Shown here in pieces: positions 10,666 through 23,627 of a DNA stretch of 64,000 nucleotides. The stretch covers positions 1,116,001 through 1,180,000 of the forward strand of contig CM074813.1 of NCBI GenBank assembly GCA_037447605.1, read 5' to 3'. Numbering within the stretch: position 1 is the first letter of the stretch; every line of letters starts with the position of its first letter. The translations under genes and the position numbers were made by a program. The DNA is from Zygnema circumcarinatum SAG 698-1b. Its lineage: Eukaryota > Plantae > Zygnematophyceae. The notes under the pieces are model-generated. The model had not been told where the DNA came from. It made no database searches and worked only from the letters and a program-made list of their open reading frames with translations.

Positions 10666-12502
10666 ATGGCGTCAGAGAGGCCGAAGGAGCTGCAGCTGGA
10701 CGAGAAGTGGGACGCGTGTCTTGATATCACGCTCCGCCGTGGAGTCTATGGCGCCCTTGCGGGCGCTGCTGCAGGCCTGCTGCTCTTCAGTCAGTGTTTT
10801 CGGCACCCTCTACCCCCTTCTCTCTCTCTCTCTCTCGCTCGCTCTTTCTCGTTCTCTTTCTCTGTCCCACTCTCTCTCCCTCTCTCTTTCTCTCCTCTTT
10901 CTCTCCTACTACTCTCCCCTGCTGCTTTAGCTTCTCTCGCCTTGTATCTCACTCGTCTCTCGTTCCCCTTCCCCCTCCCCCTCCCCCTCGCCGGTCTCCC
11001 GTCTCTCCCTCTTTGTCACTCTCCTTCTTCCCTTCCCCCTATTCCTCACTTTACCCCTCCTCCTCCTCTCTCTTTTTTTACTCAGTTTTTGTCCGTCCGT
11101 TTGTTTAACATATGAGCTTCTCTTTGTATTTTTCTATTCCCGATCCCCGGCATCCCCGTTCTCCTTTTTGACGCTGATCTCCCGTTCATCATGATTTTTT
11201 ATTTTAGATACTTTTTCTTTCCTCTGCATCCAGTCATTTTCCCTGACCAGCAGATGAAAACTGAAATAGGAGAAGTGGAACATGGAAACTTTTGATCTGT
11301 GAACGACTTATTTCGCAGTAAACTGAAAGCGCAATCAAGGTCAAACTGAATCATGAAAACATTCTCAGAGCGTGTTTGAAGTGAACCATAGATGAAAAAA
11401 TTAACCAGAATTCAAGCATGGGAAACAGTCTTTCGTGCCGGGAAAATGAACTGGAACATGGCTAACGGTTTAGGGCTGGCAAGGAAGCAAATTGGTGGAA
11501 AATGAATCAGGTTGACGTGTTTTACATCATAACTGACGCATAAACGTATGTACGTGTTGTTCAAATATCGTCTGCCTCTGAAGTGCTAATGATGGATTGT
11601 TTCCAATGCATTTGTTTCTCGGAAGGAACCTCCATCGTCATTCCTAAGCATGGGTTTTATGACAAGATACTTTTTTTTCAGCTTCGTCATAATAAGTAGA
11701 CGATTATTTTTTTATGGTCCAAGTATTACAGTGGGAGGTTTATCGAGACCCTCGCATTTCCCATTATGAATGCATGCCTACTTTAACTTTTACGAAGATA
11801 ATACACAAGAACACACCTTTATCTCGAGTCCTGTGGTTGACTGGCATCATCATCAATCCCTTGATTGTAGTTTTCAAGATATCGTCTTGTAGGTCAGAGG
11901 AGCAGTTTTGAATGGGCTTGTCTTCTCGTTTTCTCTTTGACTCCCGTATCACATTATTTTTCTCCTTCTACCTCCTTTCTTTCCTTCCCCCTCCGTCTCT
12001 CACTTCTTCTTTCGGCTTCCTTGTCCCTCTATCCTCCCATTTATTCTCTCTCTCTCTCAGCATCTTGTAGACGTGAGTGTTCATTGTTCCAGAAGTTTCT
12101 GCGATGGAAGAGGACCTAGAATGGCGTTATTCGCCAGCTTCCGAAAACCCTGGAATATGCATTGGCCAATATCCTGAAAGCCTAACAAACTCAATCGCCA
12201 TCACAGTGGGATTCCCCTCCGTAATTGTGGATCTTTCCTCCCTTTTCTGTTCTCGGCCTTGAATCGAGATGTTTTGGAGTCATCAAGTGATGTGCTTGTG
12301 TAATTTCTCCCATTCTGACTTGGCACTCTGTGATTGGCTGCTGGGTGCAGGGAGCCCTGTAAGCCGCTGGTCTTCCCTTGCCTTTGGTGCCGGTAGCGGG
12401 TTGGGTTCCGCGTACACAGACTGTTCACACATGTTTGGGGGTCAGCTTCCTTCCTGGTCGCCTCCCGCTAAGTCGTCGACAACAGAGACACCAGCAACAC
12501 AG
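10666..12502 (+). CDS. MIC10: MICOS complex subunit Mic10 (MINOS1, DUF543); last short exon(s) not resolved
   Basis: Exons 10666-10789 and 12351-12502 give MASERPKELQLDEKWDACLDITLRRGVYGALAGAAAGLLLFR/SPVSRWSSLAFGAGSGLGSAYTDCSHMF, with the two Gly-rich TM segments of Mic10. The terminal exon may be ttgacag|GAGTAA at about 13113, but this is uncertain. Confidence 0.93.
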
Positions 12503-14111
12503 GTGGGCAAAGTTCGAACAGAAAAAACTTCAAAATCGTACGACTTCTGAACGACTTGAGGTCCTGAGGTCCTGAGGTCCTTTGCGACCAGTTCCTCGTG
12601 GTTTCCCATGATGATTTGTCCATGTACTTTTGATGGCATCGCCAACGTGAGATCAATGTCACATCCTCCCACTTGATAGTCTATCTGTGTCCATTGCATT
12701 TTGGGTAGTCGTCAAGGATGGGAGGTAAGTGGGACGAGATGGTCGACGAGCTCATTCGAGGGTTTTATATGCATGGAGTTTTGCGTGTATGTTCTGAATT
12801 TGAGGAGGGCGGAGCAGAAGGCAACTTGTTGGCATTCAACGGAATGCATAGAACATTAGGAGGATGCGAGTGGAAAGATGTGATACATATGCATGTGAAG
12901 CATGGTTGGCGATTCTTTCTGTGGATTTCTGAATGATATTTATCGGTCAAGGGTCACAATGGACAATTTGCATCCTGCTATTTGAAGTTGCCATGTGAAG
13001 GTATATGACGTGACTCAAGCACTATGGCGTGACCTTCACCAGTAGTGCATGAATACTTGTTTCCACAAGTGCACCTTCTAATGTGGGTTTCTAGGGGCGT
13101 TTTATGTTGACAGGAGTAAGGACTCAACAAGACTTAAGAAGAGTCGGTTCCCCCCCCCTTTTTTTTTTGGGCTTAGGCGACACTGGGCACAAAACTAGCT
13201 AAGAGTGACGGGAATAGGCCTCTCCTCCAAAGCTGGGGAGGGAGAGTGGTTAGGATGGTCAAAGTCTTTATGACTCACACTTAATGGCGATGGCTCCTTC
13301 TTCTCTCTCTAACTCCCACTCTACTCAAATTTGTGTGGTGTTGTTGTCTTAAGGAAGGGAACGAACTCAGAAATATATGTAACGAGTATAATTTAACACA
13401 ACATCTGCCGCGTGCTTTTAGAAATTGTGACCTAAGCTCGTGACTATCAACTTCATTCGTACATATACAGTAGTAGAAAACAATGTCATTAAACATATTT
13501 TAAGCTTAGAACTCCTAGGAGCCATCCAGTCAGTAATGTAGTTAACTTGGAATCAGGGGAAATGTTTGCCAAGTGAAATTTCTTCGAGTCAGGCGCCATT
13601 TTTATGTCGTGTCAAGTTTCGAACTCACCACCTCCCTGACAACGACGATGTCGTTTGCACTCTCCACTGGCAACTGCAGCCTGACCGTACGACTGTGCCG
13701 TCCGTATCACACGTGTGAGGGTCCGGTGGTTGACCGCCGAACGGCCGTTTCCTGTCGCTGTTACCCCGCATGGAAGTTTCCGCTGCACCAAACGAAAAAA
13801 AAAAAAAAACTTGAAATCACTCCCGACCTCTGGACCAATCAGAAGCTCCCATTGCACCCAACGGTCAGAAAAATAATGCGTCCGGGCATGTAAAACTTCT
13901 CCAGAAAGTTTTGATTTGGGATCATCATAACGGCTAAAAAGTTTTCAATTATAGTAAGTGCCAGGACAATTTTGCCACGTGTACATTGTTCCACCTATAG
14001 GTCAGTGAATGGCTGAAATATTTCTCGGGCACCTTCAATAAATTTACTTCTGAACTCAAATTATAATTTTCCTTTCCTTTTGTGAAAAACAAACAGCGAG
14101 CAGGTCCAGTC

Positions 14112-14261
14112 GTACAGAAATGTACGGTATGTACAATTGTACTTTTAACCGGACCGTGAAGTATGATTTTGTACGAATATGTTTCAAGCGTACACTGTCG
14201 ATCTACAGTACATAAATGTACGATTATGTATGAATTCGTACAATGTGTTTCCATTGGGTAC
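14112..14261. promoter_or_regulatory. Dense GTAC cluster (10 sites in 150 bp), candidate SBP/SPL-binding or transposase-binding array
   Basis: GTAC counted at 14112, 14122, 14131, 14139, 14171, 14190, 14208, 14218, 14238 and 14258. The function is inferred. Confidence 0.35.
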
Positions 14262-14612
14262 TCTACGTTTTGTCAGAGGGGGAAAGTCCGAGGTCGGGCG
14301 GTGTTGGAGGGCCAATTGGCCAAAATTAGGGTTAACTATGCCAGATTTTCTGAGAGAATTTATTTGGAGCTGTTGCATATGACGAGGGCATGGAAAGGTC
14401 CCCATTGAATCTGAATGAACATTTTCGGACCAAATCGATTATGCTTTCCGAGAAAATAAGGTGTATTTCTGCGTTCGTTCTGGAGCAAAAACGGCTGCGG
14501 AGTTCGTGTTTGTTTAGAATTAGACTTCAGTTTATGGCCCTTTAAATAAGAATTGTCTTTTAATTACGCGTAGTATTCCGCCCTGACCTCATTCTTTTCA
14601 TCAGTGCAGAAG

Positions 14613-14653
14613 TAGGGTTAGGTTTAGGTTTAGGGTTAGGGTTAGGGTTAGGG
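14613..14653 (+). repeat. Short telomere-like array (TTAGGG/TTTAGG) near the inferred start of the WEB-like gene
   Basis: Sequence tagggttaggtttaggtttagggttagggttagggttaggg. A donor follows at about 14680 and opens a pyrimidine-rich intron ending ccccttcag|gcagccATG at 15692. Confidence 0.8.
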
Positions 14654-15691
14654 CTTCCGGACACAAGAGCTTCTCTCAGGTGATTTCAGCTTTCCTTTTT
14701 TAAATCCTTCTTAAAAACTGCATTCGTGCTCATTTACTGTTTAACTCCTCCGATGTCGCCCCACTGTCGTTGTACCCTTTATAACTTCATTTATCTTAAT
14801 ACCTTTCGCCTTTTTATTTACACCAGACATTTCCTCTCTGATGTTTGCTTCCCCCCAACATTCATTTTCGTTAATCACCTTCGTTTTCTTCCCACTTTTT
14901 TTGAAGCTTGTCCTCCCATATTCTCCAATTTTTTTCTCCTTATGTTTCCAAATTCAGTGCACCCCTGCAGGCCTTGTATCACCTTTACCTTTTTAACCTA
15001 TTTTGCTTCTCTTTTTTTTTCCTGCTAGCCTCATTTTTATTCGCACTCTCCTCTGAGCCCAAACAATGACTATCTGGTTAAGCCAAATGACTAAAGTTGA
15101 CCACTCAACGAGAGAAATATTACTAGTTCTCTGATCTTTCACTGTATTTGTTTACGAAGCGGAAGTTCTGTCTCTGATTTTTTTCCTCCACTTCCTAGTA
15201 GTAGTCCTGATTCCTCTTTCTTTGTGTCCGTTTCCGTCTCTTCTATACCCTCTCTTCTCTCCCATATAGTCTATTCTCTTTCATGTTTCTCACCCTTGCC
15301 CGTCCTTTTACCCTAATTCCACTTCTCTCCCGCTATAACAAATGGATTTATTCTCTTTCTTTTCTCTTTCTCCCCCTGCTGCCTCTTTCTCGATTACTGT
15401 TTCTCCTTCTCCCTCAATCTCCCGCTCTTTCTAACCTGAACCTCTTTCACTTCCTAAACCAATTCCCTCCGATTTCTATTTCCCAGTCCCTCCTTCCCTT
15501 TCTAATGCCCCATTAATCACTTTTGACCTTCTGTCTCACAACCCTTTCCCTTCCCCGATGGTCACGACCCCCTCTCCCCACCCGTACTTTTCCCTTCCCT
15601 CGCCTTTACGGCCAATGTTTCCTCTCCTACTTTTATTACCTCAATCTCCCCGTCCCCTCCCTCTTAACCCTAATTCCCCCTTCAGGCAGCC

Positions 15692-18600
15692 ATGGCGGAC
15701 CCCACGAGCAACGAGGGGCGAGCCTCTGTGCGTCAGCTGGCGGGCGTGTTCAACAAGCGCGAGTCCTCCGCCCCCGTTCCGAAAGCGGCAGAGAAGAAGT
15801 CGCAGCTACACGTGGATTGGCTCACGAAGGGAAACCTCGCCTCGCCTGCCAAGAAGCCAATCCCTCCAAGGCAGCCGCAGCCGCAGTCTCAGCCGCCCCT
15901 CGCCCCGTCTGATCAGGTGCGCAGATACCAAGTGATGTCTAGGGCTTCTGAAAGGCCTTTGCATTGGGTGAAGTTTAGTTGGGCCAGCGTAGTTCGAGTG
16001 CAAAGGGGAAGGTAAGTGAAAATTTTGGAACGAATAATCGTGTGCAGGTGGCAGGGCAGCTACGGAAGATGGAGGAACAATTGGAGCTGACGAAGAGGGA
16101 ATACCGTGAGCTGCGGCAGAAGCAGGCCGAGCAGCAGAAGGAGTTCTCTAAACTGGAGAACGAAAGGTTGGGGCTGGAAATGTCAAGAAGCAAAGTCGTG
16201 GCGCAGCTCGAGGTGGTTAGGAGGGAGACGGATGCCAAGATTCGGAGCCTGCAGGTGAGAGAGGCGATGGGAGAAGAGGCACGGGGGATCGCAGGGGTGG
16301 TGGTAAGCAGGGAGAGGGAGGAGGAGAGGAGAGGAGGGGAGAGGAGGGAAGGGGAGTGGAGGGGAGGGGAGGGATGGGGGAGAGGTAAGAGAGGAGGCAG
16401 GGAGGTGAGGGGTAAGGGAGGGCTAGAGGGACTGTGGGCTAGACATAGACAATGTGGGACATAGAGGCAGAAATTCGGAGCATCTCCGTTCATGCCATAG
16501 AAAAGAATTCCTTCAGGCCTTTAGTACTAAATCATAAGCGGTTTTACGTGCAGGAAGCGTTGGCGAATGCAGAAATTAAGGAGAAACAGGCGGTTTCAAA
16601 TGCGGAGGCTCTGAAAGCAGCACATGTGGATGCACTATCTTCCGCCCAAATGGCACATGAAAATTCCGTGAAGGAGATGTTGGTTTCCAAGGGCGTGAAT
16701 GAAAGAATCAGTTCTCTGCAAATGGAGGTGACGGCACTGGAAAGGGAGAAGACAATGCTTGCCACTGACATGGGACTTGCGATAAATCGTGGCAACGAGC
16801 TTGAGAGAGAGTTGTTGGTAAGCTAGCGTCCTGGTTTCTTGGCTTTTTTTTAACAACTCGGTGGGTTTGTCTTGTACCACTCGTTATATTTCGTTCCCTC
16901 TTCATCCCGCCTCACTTTCTTTCTCTCTTCCTCCAGTCAACCTTTACTAGGCCCTGATAGCTTTTTCTATCGTCTTTCCCGCTCTCACTTCCCATCCTCT
17001 TCCCTTTTTCTTCTCCTTTCTCTCCAACCTCTCGCCCCTGATTCTTATGTCCTGATCCCCTTTCTCTCACTCCCCTTTCCATCTCGCTTGACCTCTTTCT
17101 CGCCCACCTCTCTTCCCTTCAAAAAACGAAGTTTCAAGGAAACGTCCTTTCTCTCATCATCTCTTTGTCCTGTGCATGTGCAACCAGACTGCGAAAACGG
17201 AACTGGCTGAAAGACTGCAGGAGGTATCAGCTGAAAAAGTTAAAGTGAAGGAATTGGGGGAAAAGCTGAAAGCTGCAAGAAAAGCTGCTGATGCGGCAGA
17301 GCGAGAAGTGCAGGATCTCAAAACTGCAGTCACTAAAGCAGAGGCAGAACGAGATAATGCATTTGCTTCGAAGGAGGTGTGCTTAGCCGAGACTAGGACT
17401 GCAAGACATGAAGCAGAAGCTGCAAGAAAAGCTGCAGCCTCGGTAGTGGAGGAGCTTCAAAAAGCAAGAGATGAAGCGGATGAAGCTTCTGCAACCCTTG
17501 AAGAGCTGAAGAGAGAGATAGCAACCATCAAATCGTCAGCTTCGGTGGCAGCAGCGGCTGCAGCATTGGCAGCCACAACTTCTGCAGCCGAGATAGAGAA
17601 GGCGAGAGGGGAATTATCGGCTGCAAAACTCTATGCTTTAACGGCAGAAAGCAGAATTCAGGCTATGCAGAAGCAGGTGGAAGCGGCTACAGCTGCAGAG
17701 GCATTCTTCAAGGCACAGGCTGCAGACGCTGCAGCGGAAGCAAAAAGGCGAGAAGAGGCGTGCATGCTGCTTGAGCAGGAGGTGGAGAAAATGCAGGAGG
17801 AAGTTGTAGCGGCGCAGGAGAAAGCGGCGGAGGCGGAAGAATTAGCAGAAAGAAAAGGAAATGCTGCAACTGCAATGATCTCGGCAGCGAAATTGGCGGA
17901 AATTGAGAGTTTGAAGAAGTCGGAAGCAGCCATGGAGGAGGTTCTTGAAGTGAGGAAGGCGGAGGAAGTGGCGAAGAGGGCTTTGGGTGAAGCTCGTGCA
18001 GAGGAGCTCAAGCAGAGGGAGGCGACGGAGGCAGCCATGGCTGAGTTAGCGAAGGTGAAGGCAGAGTTGGAAGCTGCAAAACTGCAGACTGCCACTGCTG
18101 AAAGTCGGTATGAAGCGGCTCGGAGAGAGGGTGAGGCTGCGAAAGCAGCGGAGCTAATGGCGTTAAGTCAGGTGGCCGTGAAGGCAGTGAAGGAGGGAGA
18201 GGTGGTAGTGCAGCAGGAGGAGATGGAGGACCTGCAGAGGAGGCTGAGGGAGATGGAGGAGCTTGGAGAGAAGAGGGCGATGGCAGCCATGGCTCAGCTT
18301 GAGGCGGCAAAGGCGGTGGAGCAGGAGAGGCAGCAGAGTGCAACTGCAGCCATGGCTGAAACTCTCGCTGCGAGATTGGCAGAAGCAACTGCGAGGAAGG
18401 AGGCGGAAAGACTTGATGTGCAAATTGCGGAGAAGGACAGGGTGGGAGCGGAGATAGCAATGGAGCTCGCCTTAGTGAAGAAGGAGCTTGCGGCAGCCAT
18501 GGCGGCATCAGCGACTCTGGCGAGGAGACACGATAATGAGGAGGAGGCGGCAATGGCTGAGCTCGAGAAGATGAAGAGAGAGAGGGAGGAGAGAGAGGAG

Positions 18601-20436
18601 AGCTTCCGAAATATGGAGCAGGAGATGGAGGGGCTGAAATGCAAACTGGCAGAGGCAGAGGAACTTGCAGAGAAAAGAGTCGTGGCAGCCATGGCTCAGA
18701 CGGAGGCGGCGAAGGCATCGGAGCAGCACAGCCTTCAAAAGTTGGAAATTGCACTAAGAGAAGTGCGAGCCGCGAAGGAGGAGGCAGCCATGGCGACCAT
18801 CGCAGTAGAGAGGGCGGAGAAAAGGGTGGGAGAGGTGAGAAGTGAGCTGGAGAAAAAGGTGGCGGACTTTGAGAACGCGGAGGGGTTAACCTTGGCTGCT
18901 GCAGACCTGAGAAACGAGCAAATGGCAGTGGAGGGAGGAGAGGTTGATTTGAACGGAGAACGAGGAGAGGAGGGAGAGGAAGAGAGGGAACGGGCGGTAG
19001 CGTTGGAGAAGGTGACGATCATGGCGGCTGCGGCAAAGGCGGCGGAGGCTGAAGCGAAGGCGAAATTGAATGCCATGGAGGTAGAGGTGCAGGAGTTGAA
19101 AGATAAGCTGAAAGCCGCAGTGGACGAGGCAGAGAAGCTCCGGGTATGTGATGTCTTGAAGAATGGCGTTTTTTTGTTCTCACAATATTTTGAAATTTTG
19201 ACGTTTTCAAGTTATTTGGTGCAGGAAGAACCTGAAGGGTGTTTGCTGTGTGCGCCAATCTTGCAATGTCAATCAAAGCAGAGCACATATTGACATGATT
19301 GTTGGGATGTGGGGCGTAAACAGGCTGAGCTGAAGGATGCAGAAGCAGCCTTAGCGGCGGCTGAAAGCCGATATGTGGCAGCTCTTGCAGAGACCGAAGT
19401 CGCCAAAGTGGGAGAGAAAGTTGCTCTGCGTCAGGCAGCAGCGGGAGGAGGGGCTGGCAACGCAGCTGCATGGAAAAGGTCGACCACATTCGGAGGGTTT
19501 AATTCGTCAGTTTCGGCGAAAATTTCTGCAGATTCTCCAATGGAAGTAGAGACACTACGGAGGCAGCTGAAGGAAATGCAGGAGCTTGCAGGAATGAGGG
19601 TGGAGGCAGCACAGGCGGAGGTAGCAGCCGCTAAGGCAGCGGAGCAGGAGAGCTTGAAGAAGGCAGAGGCGGCCATGGCGGAGTTGGCGGCTGCACAGGA
19701 GGCAGAGGTGAGGGCAAAGTCGCTGGAGGAGAGGGAGAGGGAGCAGGAGGAGAGCATGGGAAGGAGGGCGGAAATTGCAGCTTCGGAAATTGCTATGGCG
19801 AAGGCGGAAGCGAAGGCGGCGAAAAGGGCTGAGGCAGATGCCCTATGGCAGCTGAATGCTTTGTTGGGGACAAAGGAAGTCTTGGAAGGAGAGCTCAAAA
19901 AATGGCGGGAAGAAGCAGTAGTGAGGAGGAGGACTGCTGAAGCAGTAGCAGCGAGGCAGGATGACGTGGACCGTTCTCTCCGTTTCCGGTTGGCGGCGGA
20001 GTCTATGCGCAGTTACAGTGCAGACATGTCATTTCCGAGCTCTCTGCCAAATTCGGGTCCCTTAGTGTACGGAGGGGAGTACAGGTTTGGGGGCAGTCAG
20101 TCCTTCAAAATGCGGCCGTCCAATCCAACGTCTCCAAAATTGTCTCCAAAAATGTCTCCAGCGGTGGCAAAATCCTCCCCGGAAAGAATCGATCTTGACT
20201 ATCCGCCGGTGTTTCCGGGGATGGAATTGGAATTGGATCCGGCTCTTCTTTCGGGAGTCGAGAGGGAGAGGAGGAGGGAGAGGAAGAGGGAGAAAGGGAA
20301 GGAGGCGGCGGCGGCGGCGGCGGCAGTGGCGGCGGCGGTGAAGAGGAGGAAGGAGAGGAAACAGGAAGGAGAGGACGAGGAGTTGATGGGTCCAATTGCG
20401 AAAGACATGCCGAAGTGTGGGTGCGTCATTCAGTAG
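15692..20436 (+). CDS. WEB-family (DUF827, WEB1/PMI2-like) giant coiled-coil protein, 1,254 aa, with C-terminal CaaX
   Basis: Exons 15692-15916, 16048-16254, 16554-16817, 17188-19143 and 19324-20436, all phase 0 and GT-AG. WEB motifs recur: AESRYEAARREGEAAKAAE, AEELAEKRVVAAMAQTEAAKASEQHSLQKLE and KEVLEGELKKWREE. The protein ends KCGCVIQ*. Confidence 0.85.
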
Positions 20437-21906
20437 TGGGAGAGAGTGAGAGGGAGGGAGGAGGGAGGAGGGAGGGTGAGGGAGGGAGGTGGGGGAACTG
20501 GGGGCCGAAAGTGATATACGACGGTTAAGTATGCAAGATTTGTAAAGCGTAAGTTGTGGGGATTTGCATTGTTTAGGACATGAGGATACGGATTAAGTTT
20601 TCTTGAGATGGTTGCAATGTGATGGGAGGAGATATTAGGTTAGGTTTCAATTATTGGGTGGGGAAAGGAGAATAGAGAGGGGAGGGGAGAGAGGATGAGA
20701 GGGGAGAGGTGAGGGCTGAGTGAGGCACAGCACAAGGCAAGCTAAAGTGTAGGCAGTGGAGGCAGTGGGAAGATGTCGAAGAGTTAAACTACTACGATAA
20801 AAGTATGGGTTGTGTAGAATTCACAGTCAGCCTTATCTTATTTTCCCTTATTTTCTTTGTCGTTAGGAAGATCCTTAAGTGGCAGGGAAATGATTTGTTG
20901 TCGCCGATGCAGTCAGCCCCTCCGCCTGGTCCGGTACATATCTCAATAACGTTTTGGGTTTACCAATGGATACGAGACCTTTTTAAATTTGAGCTGCGAT
21001 TCTCGGTGGCAAAGAAATGTGTGTGGAAATCGAAACTTGCCAGAAATCATGCGAACTTGTAGCAGCAGCTCCGTTCGTGGTCTGTGCTTTTCTGGTTTTC
21101 TTTGTCCAACTTTCCAGCAGGTCGGACCATGAAATTGGCGATTTGGAATTTAGTTTTTGTGAGGAGGTTTCTAGATTATGATGGAATCTAAGAAGGTGAT
21201 ATTTGGAGTAATGCATGATGGATGGAAATAGAGATGGAGAGCTTTGGGTGGAGTCTACAAAGTTTTGATGCACGTGGGTCTCTGAATGAGTAACTTTATG
21301 TTGTGATTGCCCAATGCACAAGTGTTCTCATTGATTGGTTGAAAATCCAATCTATAAAAGTCGAAGAGTCAAATTCCAAGATTTTTGCCCAATATTATTT
21401 GTCGAAACCATGGCGAAAATATTTGGGGGGGGAGGGGGTACTGTAACACTGGCCGCTGGCCTGCCGCCTGCCTGCCCGCGGGCCGGGCTGCCGCCTGCTA
21501 AAAAAACCAGTTTAGGGGACAACCCCTTATCTTGTGCCGAAACCCGTATTTAAAGAGGCACAGTGATTGCAAACGAAAGCGACAGGCAAGCGATAGGCTG
21601 GCAGTCTGGGACGTTCCACTGACGTCAGATTTTCTGTCGCTTTGAATGAATACTGACTGAGCAGCAGAGACGGCATGTCCAATGGGAGGCTGCCACGTGT
21701 GTTACTTGAAAGGTGGGCCGCGATATAGTCCCGAGGGAATGTGACGTCATCGAGGATGCACGTCGACGAGGCCTGAGGCTGTCGGCGAGAAAAAACGATA
21801 TGCCAGCTGGCGCGCCAGCCTGGCTACGATTGGTCCATAAATGGATCGGATCGCGCCCAGTCAGCGCTGGACACGTGGCTGGAAAAATGCTTGAATGCAG
21901 TAGTAC

Positions 21907-22067
21907 TAGGGGGTGTCAGACTTAACAAAATCTTACGAAAAGCGTTACGAAAAAAAAGGTTACGAAAGTACTCCGCCGCAGGAGGATCGTGATTATACTG
22001 GAGTACTCGTTCTGATGTCAAACTTACGAACACGCGTACTGAAATTTTTGAAGTCTGACACCCCCTA
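21907..22067. mobile_element. Small MITE (161 bp) with 17-bp inverted ends
   Basis: TAGGGGGTGTCAGACTT...AAGTCTGACACCCCCTA; the terminal TA could be the TSD. A related end, TAGGGGGAGTCAGACC, lies at about 38927. Confidence 0.75.
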
Positions 22068-23434
22068 TTGTAGTTGGATTGACTACAGGAACTTTTCTTT
22101 TGCGCGCGATGTGATTGGTGTGCCGCACATCGACGGTCGGCGCCCTGGGAGGGACGGCTTGAAGCGGTGTTTGAGCCTAGGGATAGCTTTGCGCTCCGAG
22201 CTTTTTTCTTCTGTCCCTAGGTCCTTTGCGACCAGTTGGTTCCTCGCGGATCCCCATGCTGATGTTGGCCACGCACATGTGATGGCATCATCGCCATGCG
22301 TGAGATCATTTCCAATTGCCACTTCCTCTTTCTTGTCGCAATACTGATCGCGAACTTTTCGTAACTTTTTGCTGAGTCGGACAACCCCTAGCCTCGTACT
22401 GGAGACGATTTAGGCAGCGCCTGTGTGTACGGACGATGGATCCTTTCGTGTACGGCCCGATCAGTCCGAGCGAGCGGCGCCCGACAACATCACGGCACAT
22501 CGCTGACGACGCTGGAGTCAGGTCGCGACATTTCCACCCTCTTGATAAACGACAATTTGCCGCCCTGTCCTCCCTGTCCGGAACCTTCCCCGGAGCTTTG
22601 AATGTGCGAACGCCGGTCCCGCTACCCGACAAGAAGCAATATTCGCTGAAATCATAACTGCCGTAAGGTCTCGCTCCGATTTTGTCCCATGGGATTGCGC
22701 CGCCGCCCTGAGGCGCCGCTGATTCGGCCCACGTAGGCATCTCGTTAATAAGCCAAAAAAGAAACCTTCGTGGAACTTTCCCTTGTTGCCCATTGTCAGT
22801 GCCGATCGCACGCCGCCCGCCCGCCAGCCCTAGGGCCTTTGATCGGCCACAAGGGTCGTGCTCGCTCCAGTTCCGGGGTGAGAAAGATCTGGCTCGGAAA
22901 TCGTTCGTACGACCTTGGATTGGACCCGACCACGTTTCGTACGGGCTTGAACCAATGAGAGCGGGCGAGGCGAACCAGATCTGGCTCGCGCAGCCGCGCG
23001 TCCCCGAGCCGAGTTTGGCCCGAGCCAAATCGTGCCAGGCGGTTTGTCGCCGTCCACCGGAGCAGGGCACGACATTCACTGACGTGGCACGAGGCAGGAT
23101 TTCCGTACTGGGAAAAATTACTTTTCCAGATTTCGTCAGATGTGGAAAAATTGCGGCAGGGAACCATGACGGTTGTCGATGCGGCGGATCGTGCGGCGGA
23201 GAGCCCGCCACCATCACGAGGGATGCGCGGAACCGCTACCCAACAAAGCGGCGGCCACGTGGCGCTGCGCCAGCTCACGCGAGTGACTTTATCGGAGGGG
23301 TCGCGGGGCCAGAGGGGGCCTCTTGTACGATCGACTGTCGGGTAGGGAATGCGTCATGTACGGAGGTGGCCGCGGCCGGGCGCGTTCGTACGGTCTGGCC
23401 GGCGGGGAGTGACGCCGCCTGGGAGTGAGGCAGG

Positions 23435-23627
23435 AGGGCGGGGGAGGAGAGGGAGAGAGGGAGAGGGAGAGGGAGGGAGAGGGACAGGGAGAGGGAGAGA
23501 GGGAGAGAGGGAGAGGGAGAGGGAGAGGGAGAGGGAGAGGGAGAGGGAGAGGGAGAGGGCGAGAGAGAGGGAGAGGGCGAGAGTTAGGGAGAGGGAGAGA
23601 GAGAGGGAGAGGAAGAGGGAGAGGGAA
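23435..23627. repeat. (GAGAGG)n purine tract immediately upstream of protease gene A
   Basis: Direct reading. Confidence 0.9.

Noticed and set aside
13555-14586. Possible hAT element with CAGGG...CCCTG ends around the GTAC cluster
   Set aside because: Only about 6 bp of terminal match and no 8-bp TSD.
19223-19293. Alternative acceptor in WEB-like intron 4 giving a stop before the CaaX exon
   Set aside because: There is no independent support, and the acceptor at 19323 preserves continuous WEB homology.
17658-19898. Multiple antisense ORFs over the coiled-coil gene
   Set aside because: They are shadow ORFs of GC-rich Ala/Glu codon usage.
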